Source: Nemertoderma westbladi (Eukaryota; Animalia; Xenacoelomorpha). From it: DNA of 35,696 nucleotides. This document shows positions 1 through 10,664 of the stretch, in pieces (position 1 is the stretch's first letter; every line of letters begins with the position of its first letter). The notes beneath the pieces are model-generated. The model was not told the origin of the DNA. It saw nothing but the letters and a program-made list of their open reading frames with translations, and searched no databases. The position numbers were made by a program, and so were the translations under genes. The DNA is taken from positions 1 to 35,696 of the forward strand of contig JAUCBJ010004075.1 in assembly GCA_032718475.1 (NCBI GenBank), written 5' to 3'.

Positions 1-11
1 CAACAAATAAA

Positions 12-1146
12 TGTCACCCGCGTTTACCCTACCAGACGTGCGTCTTTGGTATTATTACGATAAACGCCCTAGACCCAAATAATAAACGGAAAGACATAAA
101 CATCCATGTAAACCGAAACTTGTTGACGTATCACCTATGCTCACTCGGCTCGAACGATCCTGGAGTAAACCTACGATCAGAGTCCCGGAATACTCGGTCA
201 AACCTCCTCATTCCTTAGTTGGACCTCAGACCTGCGATCCTGGTGGTGTCGCGGATCCTCGCGGACTGTATTCACTGTTCAAAGATCTAGTGCTACCCTA
301 ACAATTAATCGGTAACACTCCGACAGTGATTTCTAGCTAGCCGCCCATCTTACCTAGCTGGATTATGACGCAGACACCTAATATCATTATCCAACCGTAT
401 GGTCGTCCCGTTTAACGCGATACAACCCTTCATCAAAGTGAAGGAGAGCGTTGTACGAAACGAGTTAAACGCTATTCTATAAAGATCAAAAAAGAAACCT
501 GCGTTTGTTCAGATAAACGTAAGTTATAACAGTAAGTCCAATCGATAAACGAATTGTCTTTATCTCAGTTCGATTGTGAAATCCAGAATCTCTAAGAAGA
601 TATCGCACTTAGACAACCCCATTCTCTGCGAGAGTTTTTGGATGAACGTATCCAGCAGGAAAATCAGCTCGAGGAGAAGCATATCGAAACGGCGGATACC
701 CCGACCACAATCCTACACCTTCTGATGCAATCATATTGCACCCTTCACCCAGGAGTTATGGCCCTCCTAGTAAAGTGGCTCCCCCCAAAGAGAAAAAGAC
801 TCTTGCTAGCCTCAAAAAACTGCGTAAACGCCGTCTGCGTAAGAAAGACTAACTGTTTAGAGTATCTTTATGTTTTAGAAACTGTGATTTTTATATTTTA
901 TAGACTGAAAATCCCATTTTCTGGGAGCGGTGTAAAAGCTTTTACTGAATTGTCCGGTTATTTTTCCTTATTTTTCCCGTAAAGTACTCTGTAGTTGGTT
1001 TACCAGGCATAAAAAGGCCGTGTCCTTGCTGTACTGGTGTTTTAGCGGACATAAGAGCTATTTCTTCTGTATTTGTACTTTAGAGGACATAATCCGTAAT
1101 TCCGTGACGTAAAAGCTCGATACTCTTGAAAACAGTGTCGCTACCA
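12..1146 (-). mobile_element. Possible LTR-like sequence (or LTR-element leader)
   Basis: Non-coding block bounded by TG...CA (minus strand TGGTAGCGAC...GCGGGTGACA). Minus-strand TATA-like CTATAAAATATAAAA (~888-903) is followed by Inr-like CAGTTAGTC (~847-855). No TSD or second copy visible. Confidence 0.3.
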
Positions 1147-2747
1147 TGACGACAGCTAGCAGCTGATATTGCCACGTCGACGTTTCTTTGTTTCTCTGTT
1201 CTCTCGTTGTTCAGGTTGACCAATCAGAGCGTTTGTTGTCTTTGTGTTGGAGGTATATACAGAAACTCAGTAGTTCAGTGTTATGTTTTTGCCCAGAGCC
1301 TAAGAACCGGCTTTTGGCACCTCCGTGTTTTCAGTTTTTAGTCTTACACTAACTAGTAGGTTTAATTATAAAGGGCATATATCCTTTAACTGACATACCG
1401 ATCAAACTCATGGAATCACTGCTAACTGATCATACATACTGACTGCTGAAACATTGCAAACTCATAACAATCAGTGTTTTCATTGTTGTTTTATACTGCT
1501 ATTTACCGTCGGTTCTTCATAATATGGTTGATGAATAATTATATTTTGAATAACGATAAATAACCCCGAAACCCAATATTCTTGATATACCGAAGGTAAG
1601 AGAGAAGGGTTACAGATAAACGATTGTGACTTATGTTAAAGTGGTTTGAAGTGAATCTAATGTTATTTGATAGACCCTACATGAGTCAGTCTGTGTTCCT
1701 TTTATATGTGACTAAAATCAGTGAAGATCGGCAGATTAGTGTGCAGTATTGTGCAGCATTGTGTATGAGTGAGTCTGTTAAAGAAGCATTCCTAAAGAAT
1801 GCGCCATATATGTGAATTATAATTAAGCCATATCGTTGTGAGTAGTTTAAGTCATAACTCTGTTTATGTAGATAAAGCGCCACGTCCTAAAGGAACTGTT
1901 AATATTCCCGAAGGTAAATAATATTGTCAGAGATTATATAATACTGTGTCAGTCGAATAATACATTAGGCTTACATAGCAATAAAATTAAACCGTCGAAC
2001 CCAATCTCCCGGGAATCTCCAGCGGGTGAATGGTCGCGCACGGATTGGTTTCGACTAGTGTAGTGAATCAAATACTTGTCATAGACTAAAAACTGATTTA
2101 ATATCTAGAAGACATCTTAATTTGGTGGGTTAAACTGCCAAAAGTCTGAAAGCGCGAACATTCTTTGAGTTAATACCACATAAGATTACTGTTGTAGATG
2201 TAGTACTGTTGTAGGTCTAATACTAACTGTATACCGTTATAATGTATTATATTATATACTGAGTGTAATTAAGCTAATTAAAGCCGATAGTACTGAAGCA
2301 TTAATCTATTCATTATTTATCACTGACTCTGGCTTACAACACACAGTTAATACTGCTACTGAGAGATAGTGACAGAGCAAACACAGCCTTACCTAAATTT
2401 GGCAAGCAAAGCACTTGGTAGCTGGGCCCTCTGCATTACTACCCCGAGTCATTCTTCTGGAGTCAAGTTCTACAGTCAAAGTCAACTCTACACTTTAACT
2501 AAGAACCATTCACCTGGGCCGCTGCATTCATTGTAACCTCTCCACAGTATTAATGTTAGAGCAAAGATTTTAAAATTATAATTAATCTATCTACTGCTTA
2601 TCATACACTATGATTAGTTTATTCCTTTTTGCAGTACAGGTAGGGTGCGAGGCCTAGGCCTAGCAGTTGAATCTGTCACTCTACACGTTGGGTCTTGACT
2701 CTATCTTGCGAATCTAGGTGACGCAGACCGTCCTGAGCACGTGAACA
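1147..2747 (+). mobile_element. Possible solo LTR (Gypsy/BEL-like)
   Basis: Starts TG and ends CACGTGAACA. CCAATCAG (~1220), TATATA (~1254) and TCAGT initiators (~1267-1279) occur in LTR-promoter order. No coding signal, no TSD seen. Confidence 0.35.
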
Positions 2748-2990
2748 TGAACCGCCGTTATCTTGAGGCTAATTTCATGCCTCACTTTTTGTGTGATAGT
2801 GTGAATGCGTATTTGTGGTCAAACTGGGCTATTCTGCAGACGTTTTAGGCAAAATTTCTGGTCAGCAGGCAGGAAACTGTAACAGTAGTTGCCCCAACAG
2901 ACCCAGTCTGTTCTAACTGACACTTTGCAGATATGGACCTGATCACAGTCTGCTGCGTGTTTGGGAAGACAGACTATTCTGCAGTTCTCC

Positions 2991-3365
2991 AGAAAGTGAA
3001 AATCTTTTCCCATTTCGTTACTTATAATGCTTTTTAGCTGATTCTCGGCACAGTCTACTACACCATAGGCTGCGTGTTTGGGGAAGGACGTGGTCCAGTC
3101 TTTAGTTCTCCAGTTTACCGCTAGGGGGTTAAATGTCAGAAAGTGAAAACCTTCTCCCATTTCGTTACTTATGATGCTTTTTAGCTGATTCTCGGCAGAG
3201 TCTACTACACCATAGGCAGCGTGTTTGGGGAGGACGCTGTCCAGTCTGTCACAAGGGGGTGAAATAAGTGAACGTGAACGAAATGTCTGAAATGAAATCC
3301 TTGTCCCATTTTGTTGTGTTGTTTATAACCTTTTTGGATTTGCTTTGGCAGGTATCTACTACACA
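2991..3365. repeat. Imperfect tandem repeat, ~147-bp period
   Basis: AGAAAGTGAAAA...CCCATTTCGTTACTTAT...GTCTACTACACCATAGGC...CCAGTCT at 2991 and 3138; a degenerate third copy lies near 3290-3365. Confidence 0.8.
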
Positions 3366-3434
3366 GTATAAAGCCTTATTTGTTAGTTATAAATTAATTT
3401 ATTAATTTATGTTTGAATTGTTGACAAGTTTGTG

Positions 3435-3474
3435 TACTAGAAAGCTGCGGCCGAAGGCCACAGGCTTTCTAGTA
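3435..3474. mobile_element. Helitron-like terminal hairpin with CTAG
   Basis: TACTAGAAAGC-TGCGGCC-GAA-GGCCACA-G-GCTTTCTAGTA: GC hairpin followed by CTAG-T, readable on either strand. Confidence 0.45.
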
Positions 3475-3858
3475 ATATATAAATCATGTTTAAAATAATT
3501 TAATTATACTCATTGACATGACAGGGAAGTGACAGGTTCTGTTCATCTATCTAAAGACAGCCTGGAAAATAAATCCGAAGCTTCATCCATCACGTATTTT
3601 TTTCATTAATTACTATTCAGTATTCAGAATGTATTTCAAGAGACTTAATTCTGCCGTAAGTCACTGATATACGACCCTGAAAACCGAATTAAATGAGTAG
3701 AGAGTAGAGTAGAGATTTGAGAGATTGCTGACACTAAGGGCTTATTTGGTTAGGTGTAGATTTGATTAGGTTAATCAGTGGGTGTTTTATTTTCAAGTAT
3801 TACAATCAAGTAAGCTAAATATATATTAATATATTTTGGGTTAATAGGGTTGGAATCA

Positions 3859-4413
3859 ATCATTTCACACGTGGCTTATATTAATTGAAATCGGAGAGTC
3901 TTGCCCGTCTTTTAACACTACAATTACTTAAATTTGATCATGAACATTGATAAAATAATGTTTGCAATTTTGCAAACTTGGTAGATTGCCTGGCCCCGTA
4001 TGCAAGCACTCAACAAACTCAGCCCTAGCCACCTATTGCTTGCAGTATCGGAGCAGGCCTATCTATTCCTGTATTGTTGCTTAAGTTCATTAAGTTGAGT
4101 AAACCTACCGCTGTACCTCTCTTACACTACCGGTGACTGGTACACATTTCAACTTAATGAACTTAAGCTGCAATACAGCAATACTGCAACGCAATAGGTA
4201 TACAGCAATAATCCGATGCTACAATGCATACTGCAATAGGTGGATAGGGCTAAGTGGTTGAGTGCTTGCATACGAGTCAGGCAATCTGCGAGTTTATAAT
4301 TGTGAATTGCTTTATTTAATCAATGTTCGTAACCATGAATTTAATTAATTATGGTGTCAAGAGATGTGCAAGACTCTCCGCTTTCAATTGATATAAGCCA
4401 CGTGTGAAATGAT
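3859..4413. mobile_element. Foldback/MITE-like imperfect palindrome (~555 bp)
   Basis: ATCATTTCACACGTGGCTTATA at the left end pairs with TATAAGCCACGTGTGAAATGAT at the right end. Complementarity continues inward to GCTTAAGTTCATTAAGTTGA / TCAACTTAATGAACTTAAGC, leaving a ~50-bp loop. Confidence 0.85.
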
Positions 4414-4779
4414 GAGATTAAATGTGTATTTTAATGGATCTAAAATCACCCTCCATAGAAAACAATATAAGAAATTATCTGAGTACTGCATAGTGACGTC
4501 AAATATGTAGCAGCCAATCACAGCCGATTTTCAAAATTGGCTTCCCGGGCTTACTTAAACCCGCCATTTCGACCATTTCCACGTGATTTTAGAAATAAAA
4601 CACACCCCGCCACTCGATTCAGTGCACCTTGTTACCCCTTATTCGATTGTTTCTAACCCAACAATTTTTTCGCGCATCAACCCTATTATATAATTTAGTT
4701 TCTTTGCTTGTATATATTAACATATACTATGTTAACACTGTTGTTGAGTGTGATTCGCGGTGAGTGGTTCCTTAGTACA

Positions 4780-5200
4780 TTAGTGTCTCTGAGGGAAGTC
4801 TCTCTGCCCAAGATTCCATGGTGGGTCAGTGTCCCCCTCACACTCCAGGTGTTGGTCAGTCTGTCCATAACAGTCCAGGTGTCTGTCAGTCCATCCATGT
4901 CAGTCTGGGTGTCGGTTAGTCCGTCCCCAACAGTCCAGGTGTCTCTGCCTGTCCATTCTGCCTGTCCCTCACATGCTGGGTGTCGATCTTTCAGTCCCGG
5001 CTATGTCGGGTTTCGGCCTGTCTGACCCTCCCATGTTTTATATTGGTCTGTCTGTACCTCCCATGTCGGTGTCGGGGGACAGGCTGTCTAAGTGTCTTAT
5101 GTAGTTGGGTGCTGGTTTGTCTGCCCCTCCCATGCTGGGGTTCGGTGTTTCAGTCCCACCTGATTTGAGTCAGTCAGCGTTGAGTTAGTCTGGTTCCCCT
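4780..5200 (+). repeat. Degenerate low-complexity repeat region, probably the 5' part of the CRE-like element
   Basis: Recurrent GTCAGTCTGTCC / CAGTCCAGGTGTC / CCTCCCATG motifs immediately upstream of the CRE-like coding remnant. Confidence 0.45.
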
Positions 5201-5369
5201 GTGTTGAATGAGCTGGATCCTCCAGGGTCAAGTCAGTTGAGCTTCGCAATGCCACAACTCTGCTGCCAGCCTCCTTTGGTTTGGCCTCCTTTTGTTCCTC
5301 TACTAGTCGCTGTGGCTGTGTGTGGGCATCACGGCCCTGTTCCAATTTCGTCCCAGAGCAATAGGGAAT

Positions 5370-6480
5370 TGTAACAACCCCCACATTGTTTGCCCAACCC
5401 CAATAGTGTCAGTTGAATCAGATGCCACATACATCCACTCCCCACTTCCCAAAGCGACAAAGACCCAGCAACACCTCCTCATCCATCGACATGCCACCAC
5501 TTGTAGATGACATTTGAAAGGCCATGGCTAAACGCCCCAGGTTCATAGACAGACCCAGTATGGGAGGCCCGCCATGTCATGCCTGTCTCGTGTCGTACTG
5601 GGGACTAGCCACCAGAACTTCATTCCAGGTGACAATGCTGGACCCAAGGTTGGGGATGTTCTGGTAGGGGATGTGGGGATGGTGACAGAGGGGTTCTACC
5701 CATCCGAGTGGCCTCTCTGCTTCATTGTCACTGCTTCACTCTGGATGTAGTGAAGGGAGCAGACATCTGGCGGAATATCCTGCGTCAACTATGTATATTA
5801 GAACAGGAGGAGTTTAGATAGCTGATCGCTGAGACTGCGTGTTGCTGCACTGTGTCTCCATACCATGTAAATACTGCCAGGAACTATAAGCGGAAAATAC
5901 TGGCTGGACAGAATCGTGCTGCAGCCCGCCCTAACCGACTGGGGCAGAGGTGGCATCCTGGACCCCGAGGTCCAGGATGAGGGGTAGCGAGGTATCATTA
6001 CTGTGTATGACGTTGTAGCTGCAAAACATCCACCTCAACTGGACGTTTTTCCTGATGCATTTGACAAGTATGATGAGCTGCCTCCCTTTGAAGCAGTGTA
6101 CATAACTGTGGTTGTCCTGAAGGTTGCATTTCACAAGTATGATGAGATGCCTCCCTTTGAAGCAGTGTACATAACTGGGGTTGTTCTGAAGGTTTCCCAG
6201 TACCTTAATAATGTGCTGGCCCCATTGGTGGGCTGATTTATAGAATGCTTTCCTCACCTGCTATGAGGCACTTAGCTCCCACCTCCGTGAGGGTGTAGAT
6301 GGGCTGGCCCGACATCTGGCCAACACCAATGTCCCATTTGGAGAAATCCAGGCACTCCAGGAGGGCCAGGATGAGGGGTAGCGAGGTATCATTACTGTGT
6401 ATGACGTTGTAGCTGCAAAACATCCACCTCAACTGGACGTTTTTCCTGATGCATTTGACAAGTATGATGAGCTGCCTCCC
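5370..6480 (+). mobile_element. Degenerate CRE-clade (RLE-type) non-LTR retrotransposon, N-terminal/pre-RT coding remnant
   Basis: Plus-strand translation across stops and frameshifts: Zn-finger-like VCP..QHLLIHRH; GADIWRNILRQLCILEQEEF; ARNYKRKILAGQNRAAAR; RGGILDP; TVYDVVAAKHP; AGP; SSHLREGVDGLARHLANTNVPFGEIQAL. This is the motif order I recall before 'RLIALDK.PG.RPIG' in animal CRE elements. Confidence 0.75.
6366..6480 (+). repeat. 115-bp direct duplicate of 5972-6086
   Basis: CCAGGATGAGGGGTAGCG...GAGCTGCCTCCC is identical at offset 394. Confidence 0.95.
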
Positions 6481-6590
6481 ATGCAAGGCAGAGATGCGCC
6501 CCGGCTAGTCCCTTTAATGCATTCGTGCTGAAACGACAACTATCCTGGCGAGAGATTTATTGCAATGCAACCACTACACCAAGGAGGGAC
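6478..6590 (-). mobile_element. Truncated, internally deleted tRNA-derived SINE (same family as 12420-12653)
   Basis: Minus strand GTCCCTCCTTGGTGTAGTGGTT...AGTTGTCGTTT...GAATGCATTAAAGGGA...TCTGCCTTGCAT matches 12420-12565. Confidence 0.75.
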
Positions 6591-7527
6591 CCCCGCGGTC
6601 TCTATTAGATTTTGAGGAAAATTAGGAATCCGGAATGTTTCACTTACCATTGGACTTTGTTTATCTTCTGACTAACTTCTAACTCAAGGCAAGTGAAGCA
6701 AATATTCAATAAGTAAATAACCACAGCAGCAACTTAAACCAACTTAAGCCTTTGAGAATTTAGATTGCTAACTTAATTTTTCTTCCTGGAAATTTGGAGG
6801 ATACTGCATGGATAAAGTGGTGTAATTCTCTCAAGTACACTAAGTTGTTTAATCTACTTGTTGTTTTATTTTCATTAATGATGTCAAGTGTTTTTCTTTC
6901 ATGTCATAGATTAACTTATGCGATTTCGGAAATAGGTAAAGTAATTGAATAATGTCACTCATGTCATGTACCTTATTTATTTTTCTCTCAGTCTGGCGCA
7001 AACTTTTTAAAATAAATATAGGATTTAAGAACACAACCAAATAAACCCACCAACCAATATTGTGATTAAATATTTAATTGGTTGGCTTCCAAAGAAATAC
7101 AAAACTAATGTTTTTTGAAATGCAAAGAACTAGTAACACAATGAAAATTATATAATTAACTATGATTGGTGTACGTGCAAGCAGGAGCCATAACTAGAAC
7201 CATAATCACACCGAAATAATTCGAATCACAAGGTACTAGAACCATATTAACCATATCCTCCACTATAACCTGATACAACAACTATACAACAACCTAACCT
7301 AACCAAACCTAACGTGTGTTAGCTACACTATTGATTGTACTATGCTCTCAATTAATAATAATTGTTTTATTTTTAAATCTTTGTGCCAAAATTAATACTG
7401 TGGAGGCTGTATGTTGATAAGGCTGAATGTTTACTCAGCCTCATAGTGATTCTCCATAAGGCTAACATTATAGTTTGAAATATAAAAATCTGTTATAATA
7501 ATAATATAATTGTTGTATTTAATTAAT

Positions 7528-7683
7528 GACTTTCTTGAGACGCATCTTAAAGGACACTGGCCTTAAAGATGCGGATGATCTAGCAAATGTCATGGGTGAT
7601 AGGGAGTTGTGGCGGTGCAATTTTGTTGACAAGCCGGCACAGCATTCTTAAAAATGCAGCTGCAATGCAGCATGCCGATCCTA
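7528..7683 (+). mobile_element. 5'-truncated RTE LINE (family 2) 3' end with 13-bp TSD
   Basis: Reverse complement of ~20845-21005; flanked by GTATTTAATTAAT at 7515-7527 and 7684-7696. Confidence 0.9.
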
Positions 7684-8108
7684 GTATTTAATTAATATCG
7701 TGGTTTACATTGAACAGTGTAAATTGTTAATCGCGGTTTACATTGATTGAAACATCTCAACTTGTTTTATTTATTACAAAAATAAGAACGAATTTGTCTT
7801 ATCACTTCTTGTGCGCGATTGTATTAAATTCATGACAACTGCTGTTATTATTATTAATCAATTGACACCTAGACTCCTCTCTGACTACTCTATCCGATAG
7901 AATAAAATAATCACTTCGCTAACTGCTCTCTATCTTCTATAATCACAACAGCTTTTATAATTCATTAGATGATTACAACATAATAATTATAGTTTGAAGT
8001 TGTCTAGAAAATTTCTCGTACACCACCGGGACTACCCTCACACTAATTTATTATCAGACAGAGCAAAAAGCTTTTACTTGACTCGTACTGTCTCCTACGA
8101 TTTGCTTC

Positions 8109-8133
8109 ACGGGCCGCTTGGCCCGTCTCTAGT
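8109..8133 (+). mobile_element. Helitron-like 3' terminus
   Basis: ACGGGCC-GCTT-GGCCCGT hairpin followed by CTAG-T; 5' end not identified. Confidence 0.5.
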
Positions 8134-8560
8134 ATAAAATGGCCTTTACGAGAAAATAATTAAGTAAAAAACATTGTTATACTGGCATTTCAAACAAAAG
8201 TATAAAACATAAAGGTCGTGTTATAGCTTGAGTTCGGCACAGCTTTGCAAAGTCGGCCATGAGATCCAGGTGGGATTGACTAACGATATAAAATAAGGAT
8301 CGTGTTCTTCCACATTTTATGTCAACTTGTGATAGAACAGCCCATCATATTATTTAATTGTTTTGTTGGTATTACTATAAGAAAATGGTAGATTGTCATT
8401 GAGTTGTAATTGAGATACCAATTACCCTAGCAGTACTGCAGTGTGTGCGGGTTAATAATTTATTATTATTGGTTGGGGATCCGCAGTCACACATCCAGTC
8501 GCAGTCTCTCCTTAGTTACAGTTAGTTAGTTGACAAACAGGTACAGTTAGTTGACAGGTA

Positions 8561-9142
8561 GTCAGTCACCCATAACACGTGACAGTTAGTCACCCATAAC
8601 AGGTGACAGTCACCCATAACAGGTGACAGTTAGTCACCCAGAACAGGTGACAGTTAGTCACCCAGAACAGGTGACAGTTAGTCACCCATAACAGGTGTCA
8701 GTCACCCATAACAGGTGACAGTTAGTCACCCATAACAGGTGACAGTTAGTCACCCATAACAGGTGACAGTTAGTCACCCATAACAAGTGACAGTTAGTCA
8801 CCCATAACAGGTGACAGTTAGTCACCCATAACAGGTGACAGTTAGTCACCCAACAGGTAACAGTTAGTCACCCATAACAGGTGACAGTTAGTCACCCATA
8901 ACAGGTGACAGTTAGTCACCCATAACAGGTGACAGTTAGTCACCCATAACAGGTGACATTTAGTCACCCATAACAGGTGACAGTTAGTCACCCATAACAG
9001 GTGACAGTTAGTCACCCATAACAGGTGACAGTCACCCATAACAGGTAACAGTCACCCATAACAGGTGACAGTCACCCATAACAGGTGACAGTTAGTCACC
9101 CATAACAAGTGACAGTTAGTCACCCATAAATTGGTGACTAAC
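8561..9142. repeat. Minisatellite, 24-bp unit (20-bp variants), about 25 copies
   Basis: GTTAGTCACCCATAACAGGTGACA repeated; variants lack GTTA. Confidence 0.97.
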
Positions 9143-9221
9143 TTATTGCATGGAAAATAAAGTGAAGTTTCTTTGTGAAGATTAATTTGCAAAGACTTGA
9201 ATTTTGAATCTTTTGGTAGGT

Positions 9222-9465
9222 CAAGCAAAGCAAGCAAAGCAAACAGTCGGCCGAAGCCGGAGGCGACCCGAAGACTCCTCTTTCGATAGCTGCTATCCGA
9301 GGGTAGGGGTGGGCGCTACTCCTATCCCAAGATTTGCTCCCAGTTATTTAACTGGTCATCATTTCATCGACCCCAGTGGATGAAAGGCTGAGTGGACCCT
9401 GGCGGGGCTGAACCTACAACCAATAGATTGCAGGCCCGGCGCTCAACCAACTGAGCTACCCCGCC
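9222..9465 (-). mobile_element. Full-length tRNA-derived SINE with Nin/Deu core
   Basis: Head GGCGGGGTAGCTCAGTTGGTTGAGCG...GGTTCAGCCCC (A/B boxes); core CTCAGCCTTTCATCCACTGGGGTCGATGAAATG; (TTTGC)n tail; TSD TTTTGGTAGGT at 9211-9221 and 9466-9476. Confidence 0.9.
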
Positions 9466-9954
9466 TTTTGGTAGGTACATAATACATATTTTTGAATTCG
9501 ATTAGATTTGCACGTTAAATTAAATAATTATTATGTTTTTGATTTAAATTATTTCGCCCGCAATGCCACAAACACAAATATACTGTTACCAGTCACCATT
9601 GTTATTATTTATATTTATTTATTTTGATTACTTTCCACTGTAACTATGGGATTTTAAAACTATTTTTAATGGCAATAAAAATTTAAACAATATAATTTGA
9701 ACTTTTTTTTTTGTTAAATTTGATTTAAGGTGTGCTGGGACGACACAGTCCCTTGACGTCTCAGAATAAAATACTTAATTCCAGTTGCAATTAAAGTGAT
9801 ACCTTAAATGCAATGGCAATTGGGAAGGGAAGGGGGGGGGGGGGGGGGGGGGTGTGTGTGTTAAGAATATATATTAATATATATAAAGTTAATGTTTTGG
9901 TCTTTATATGGGGCAATGAGTACACGTAAATTGCATACTTAAAAAGTAGCAGCT

Positions 9955-10032
9955 AGTCTGAAACGCTTTCGTAATGGTTTGGGTGCTAGACTTACACACT
10001 GGAACTCACCAGTTCGATCCCACCTAGACGCC
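9955..10032 (+). mobile_element. Degenerate tRNA-like SINE head
   Basis: A-box-like TCGTAATGG and B-box GTTCGATCC at tRNA-like spacing; no intact cloverleaf. Confidence 0.4.
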
Positions 10033-10342
10033 AATGCAGACTTTGGTAAGCTATGCCCAAATAATTTTATAACAATATTAATCATACAAATAAAATGAAA
10101 GGAAAGATTCCGATGTGGTAGTTCTACTTGGCAAGCATTCTATGTCAACTAGGAATGTTGCGAATGTCATACTTTTAATATCTGCAGGTTCAGATTTCTG
10201 AGGTGACATCCGCACGGATGCGTATTCGGATGTCTAATAAAACATACACAGCATGGCCTGGTCGCCCTTCTATACTATTAATTGCTTAAAAGGTTACACC
10301 ACTCACAATGACTTAATAATGACAACAATGATAATGACTTTT

Positions 10343-10664
10343 AGCAGCAGCTTGGTCTAGTGGTGACATTACTGGGCTTCCGATTAGGGAGCCCTGATTC
10401 GATCCCTAGATGGGGCAGCACTGTTTGGCCTTGTGCTTTAAATGCTGCAGCCTAGCCCAACCCCGGCTTTCATCCTTCAGTGGTCGATAAATGGGAAGCA
10501 AGGCAACTTGGGAAACAGAGTGGAAGGGTTTACTGTGGAAGATCAGCCATGGTGGTGAACAGGCATTCCTTTAGGAAACAGAGTGGAAGGGTTTACTGTG
10601 GAAGATCACCCATGGTGGTGAGCAGGCATTCCTTGGCTTAACGAGCCTAAAAGATTCTCCCATT
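10343..10664 (+). mobile_element. tRNA-derived SINE with Nin/Deu core and internal 63-bp tandem duplication
   Basis: A box TGGTCTAGTGG, B box GATTCGATCCC, core GGCTTTCATCCTTCAGTGGTCGATAAATG. GGAAACAGAGTGG...GGCATTCCTT occurs at 10511 and 10574. CAATGACTTAATAAT flanks at 10306 and 10665. Confidence 0.8.

Noticed and set aside
5770-5800. Harbinger transposase DAGY motif on the minus strand
   Set aside because: Isolated four-residue match; the plus strand explains the region as CRE-like coding sequence.
7290-7313. Interstitial (TTAGG)n telomere
   Set aside because: Only about four imperfect units; such motifs are common inside DNA transposons.
8561-9142. CRISPR array (palindromic repeats); also considered for 30765-31060 and 35367-35696
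   Set aside because: Units are head-to-tail with no unique spacers, there are no cas genes, and the context is eukaryotic.
9395-9465. Functional tRNA-Cys(GCA) gene
   Set aside because: Acceptor stem and T arm are imperfect, and it is the head of a TSD-flanked SINE.
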